A stretch of 36,569 nucleotides of DNA from Octopus bimaculoides. Lineage: Eukaryota. Position 1 is the stretch's first letter, and each line of letters opens with the position of its first letter. Where the stretch lies: assembly GCF_001194135.2 (NCBI RefSeq), contig NC_068989.1:51017926-51054494 (forward strand), given 5' to 3'. The notes under the pieces are model-generated. The model was not told the DNA's origin. It was given only the letters and a program-made list of their open reading frames with translations, and ran no database searches. Shown here one piece after another: positions 34,941 through 36,569 of this stretch. The position numbers and the translations under genes were made by a program.

Positions 34941-36349
34941 CAGGCGTCTGTTCAATACTTAAATTTCAGAGCAATATTGTTTTCGCGATCCATAATAATC
35001 CCACTGTTGTCTGAAGTGGTTTACCTTTGAGTTCGATGTGCTAAAAGAATCAACTAAACATATTTCAATACAAAACGTAAAACACTTAATAACCACTGCG
35101 ATACATCCAATAGTACAGGAAAAGAAACGATGTCCGATGAGAGGTAACAAGTACAAGGCGGCATCCTTTTAGACATGGGCTTGCACAATTTTTTGCAGGA
35201 TTAAATAATTACAATATCATAACTTCTGAACACAGAGGTCTTTATAACTTTTGCGGAGTTAACTGGCTGCATCTGCACGTAACTGTCAGTGAACTGTACG
35301 CGTCTTATAAGTTGATGAGTCACTAGATAGCTGAGGTCGAACTGTGAGAGCGTTTGTTTTGTTATTGCTTCTGCGTTGGAGTGTTATGCGAACGGTTATA
35401 ATAACCAACTCGTGTTACATTGCTTATTGTTAGACGGTCATATTTGATACTGCGGTATATTGTTATACAGACACACACACACACACGCGCCATACACAGA
35501 CACCCCCCCCATATATCGTCACTGACTATATAAGAATAACTTAAGTTTGTCTGTTTAAATCAGATGTAGCATAGTCTCGTAATGATCTTCAGATTTGTCT
35601 AATCCTATTCAATCCTAATCAGGTAATAAATTGTAATTAATGCATGCAGCAAAATCATCTAGGCAGTTCTTAAAATTCAGTTCTCTAGAGATTACCTACT
35701 TTGTTCCAATAAATGTCAATGCTAACAACATGATTCTTGCTGTATTTATAATATGGTATAACTTGGCAAATATTATGGACTTGTAGCTACGTACATTTCA
35801 GCCGTCACTTTCACATGAACGCAAAAAGAATATGTACAGAACATTTGAATATTAAAAACATTAATTATATTATGTGTTATGTCTATATATGATATTTCTA
35901 CATTGCAACAGTCTTCTGGGTGACATTAGCTAATTACCATTTTTAAATATGCAGTCCGTATAGTGCAGGCATTAAAGGTATTTTTAATATTGGAGGTACG
36001 AACAGGTACTAATACTCAGCAGATTAATATTAAAATGAAGAGACCAATGCGAGTAAAACCACATTTTTAGAATAATATATTAGAAGTGAAGCAGGTAGTA
36101 ACTCTATGCATATGTCGTTAAACGATGCGTTCGCTATGTGATTAATATATGATTATAATACCCTATCTTGATATAAAAATACATCCTTACACCTACGCTG
36201 ATCGATAAATGCATATATATTCTGACAACCCACGCTCAAAATATTACAGCCTGTCACAATTTTTAATTGTGTGCGTCTCTGTTCAGAGTTCGCTACCTCT
36301 CTCCCTGCTTTTCTCACTCACACATACATATACACGTATGTATTTTACA

Positions 36350-36384
36350 GAATATCTATCTATATATCTGCCTATCTATCTATC

Positions 36385-36415
<31 letters not shown>

Positions 36416-36420
36416 CTCTT
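36350..36420. repeat. (TATC)n microsatellite
   Basis: Directly visible. Confidence 0.95.
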
Positions 36421-36569
36421 CTCACGGACGTGCTGTCACATCGGCTGCGAAGGTAAACGTTTATTTGACCTTTTATTGTCCACATTTTGTTGGAATTTTT
36501 AAATACTTTTGTTGCGAAGCACCTAGGCTTCATTTGTGTGTACTTTCAAGGGCAGGAATTGGCCCCCAG

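Overview
AT-rich, gap-containing eukaryotic (animal) genomic DNA; the SINE families and microsatellite load suggest an octopus/cephalopod short-read assembly (inference from recall, not a database search). I could not support any intact host protein-coding exon. Nearly all ORFs in the track are microsatellite or N-gap artefacts, or decayed transposon pieces. The window is a patchwork of mobile DNA: a Penelope-like (GIY-YIG) remnant with a hammerhead-ribozyme motif, a Dong/R4-type LINE remnant whose two segments are out of order, an RTE-clade LINE 3' end, a TIR-bounded internally deleted mariner, a Tc1/mariner fragment and at least six tRNA-derived SINE copies of several families. The most notable signals are: (i) a nearly canonical minimal hammerhead motif at 1924-1968; (ii) a 302-bp TSD-flanked insertion that combines a tRNA-like head, hammerhead-like remnants and a palindromic head-to-head junction; (iii) three independent head-to-head foldback structures, each associated with hammerhead or hammerhead-like motifs; (iv) a diverged pair of paralogous segments about 11.3 kb apart that share a splice-acceptor-like site followed by Asp/Glu/His-rich GAT-type sequence.
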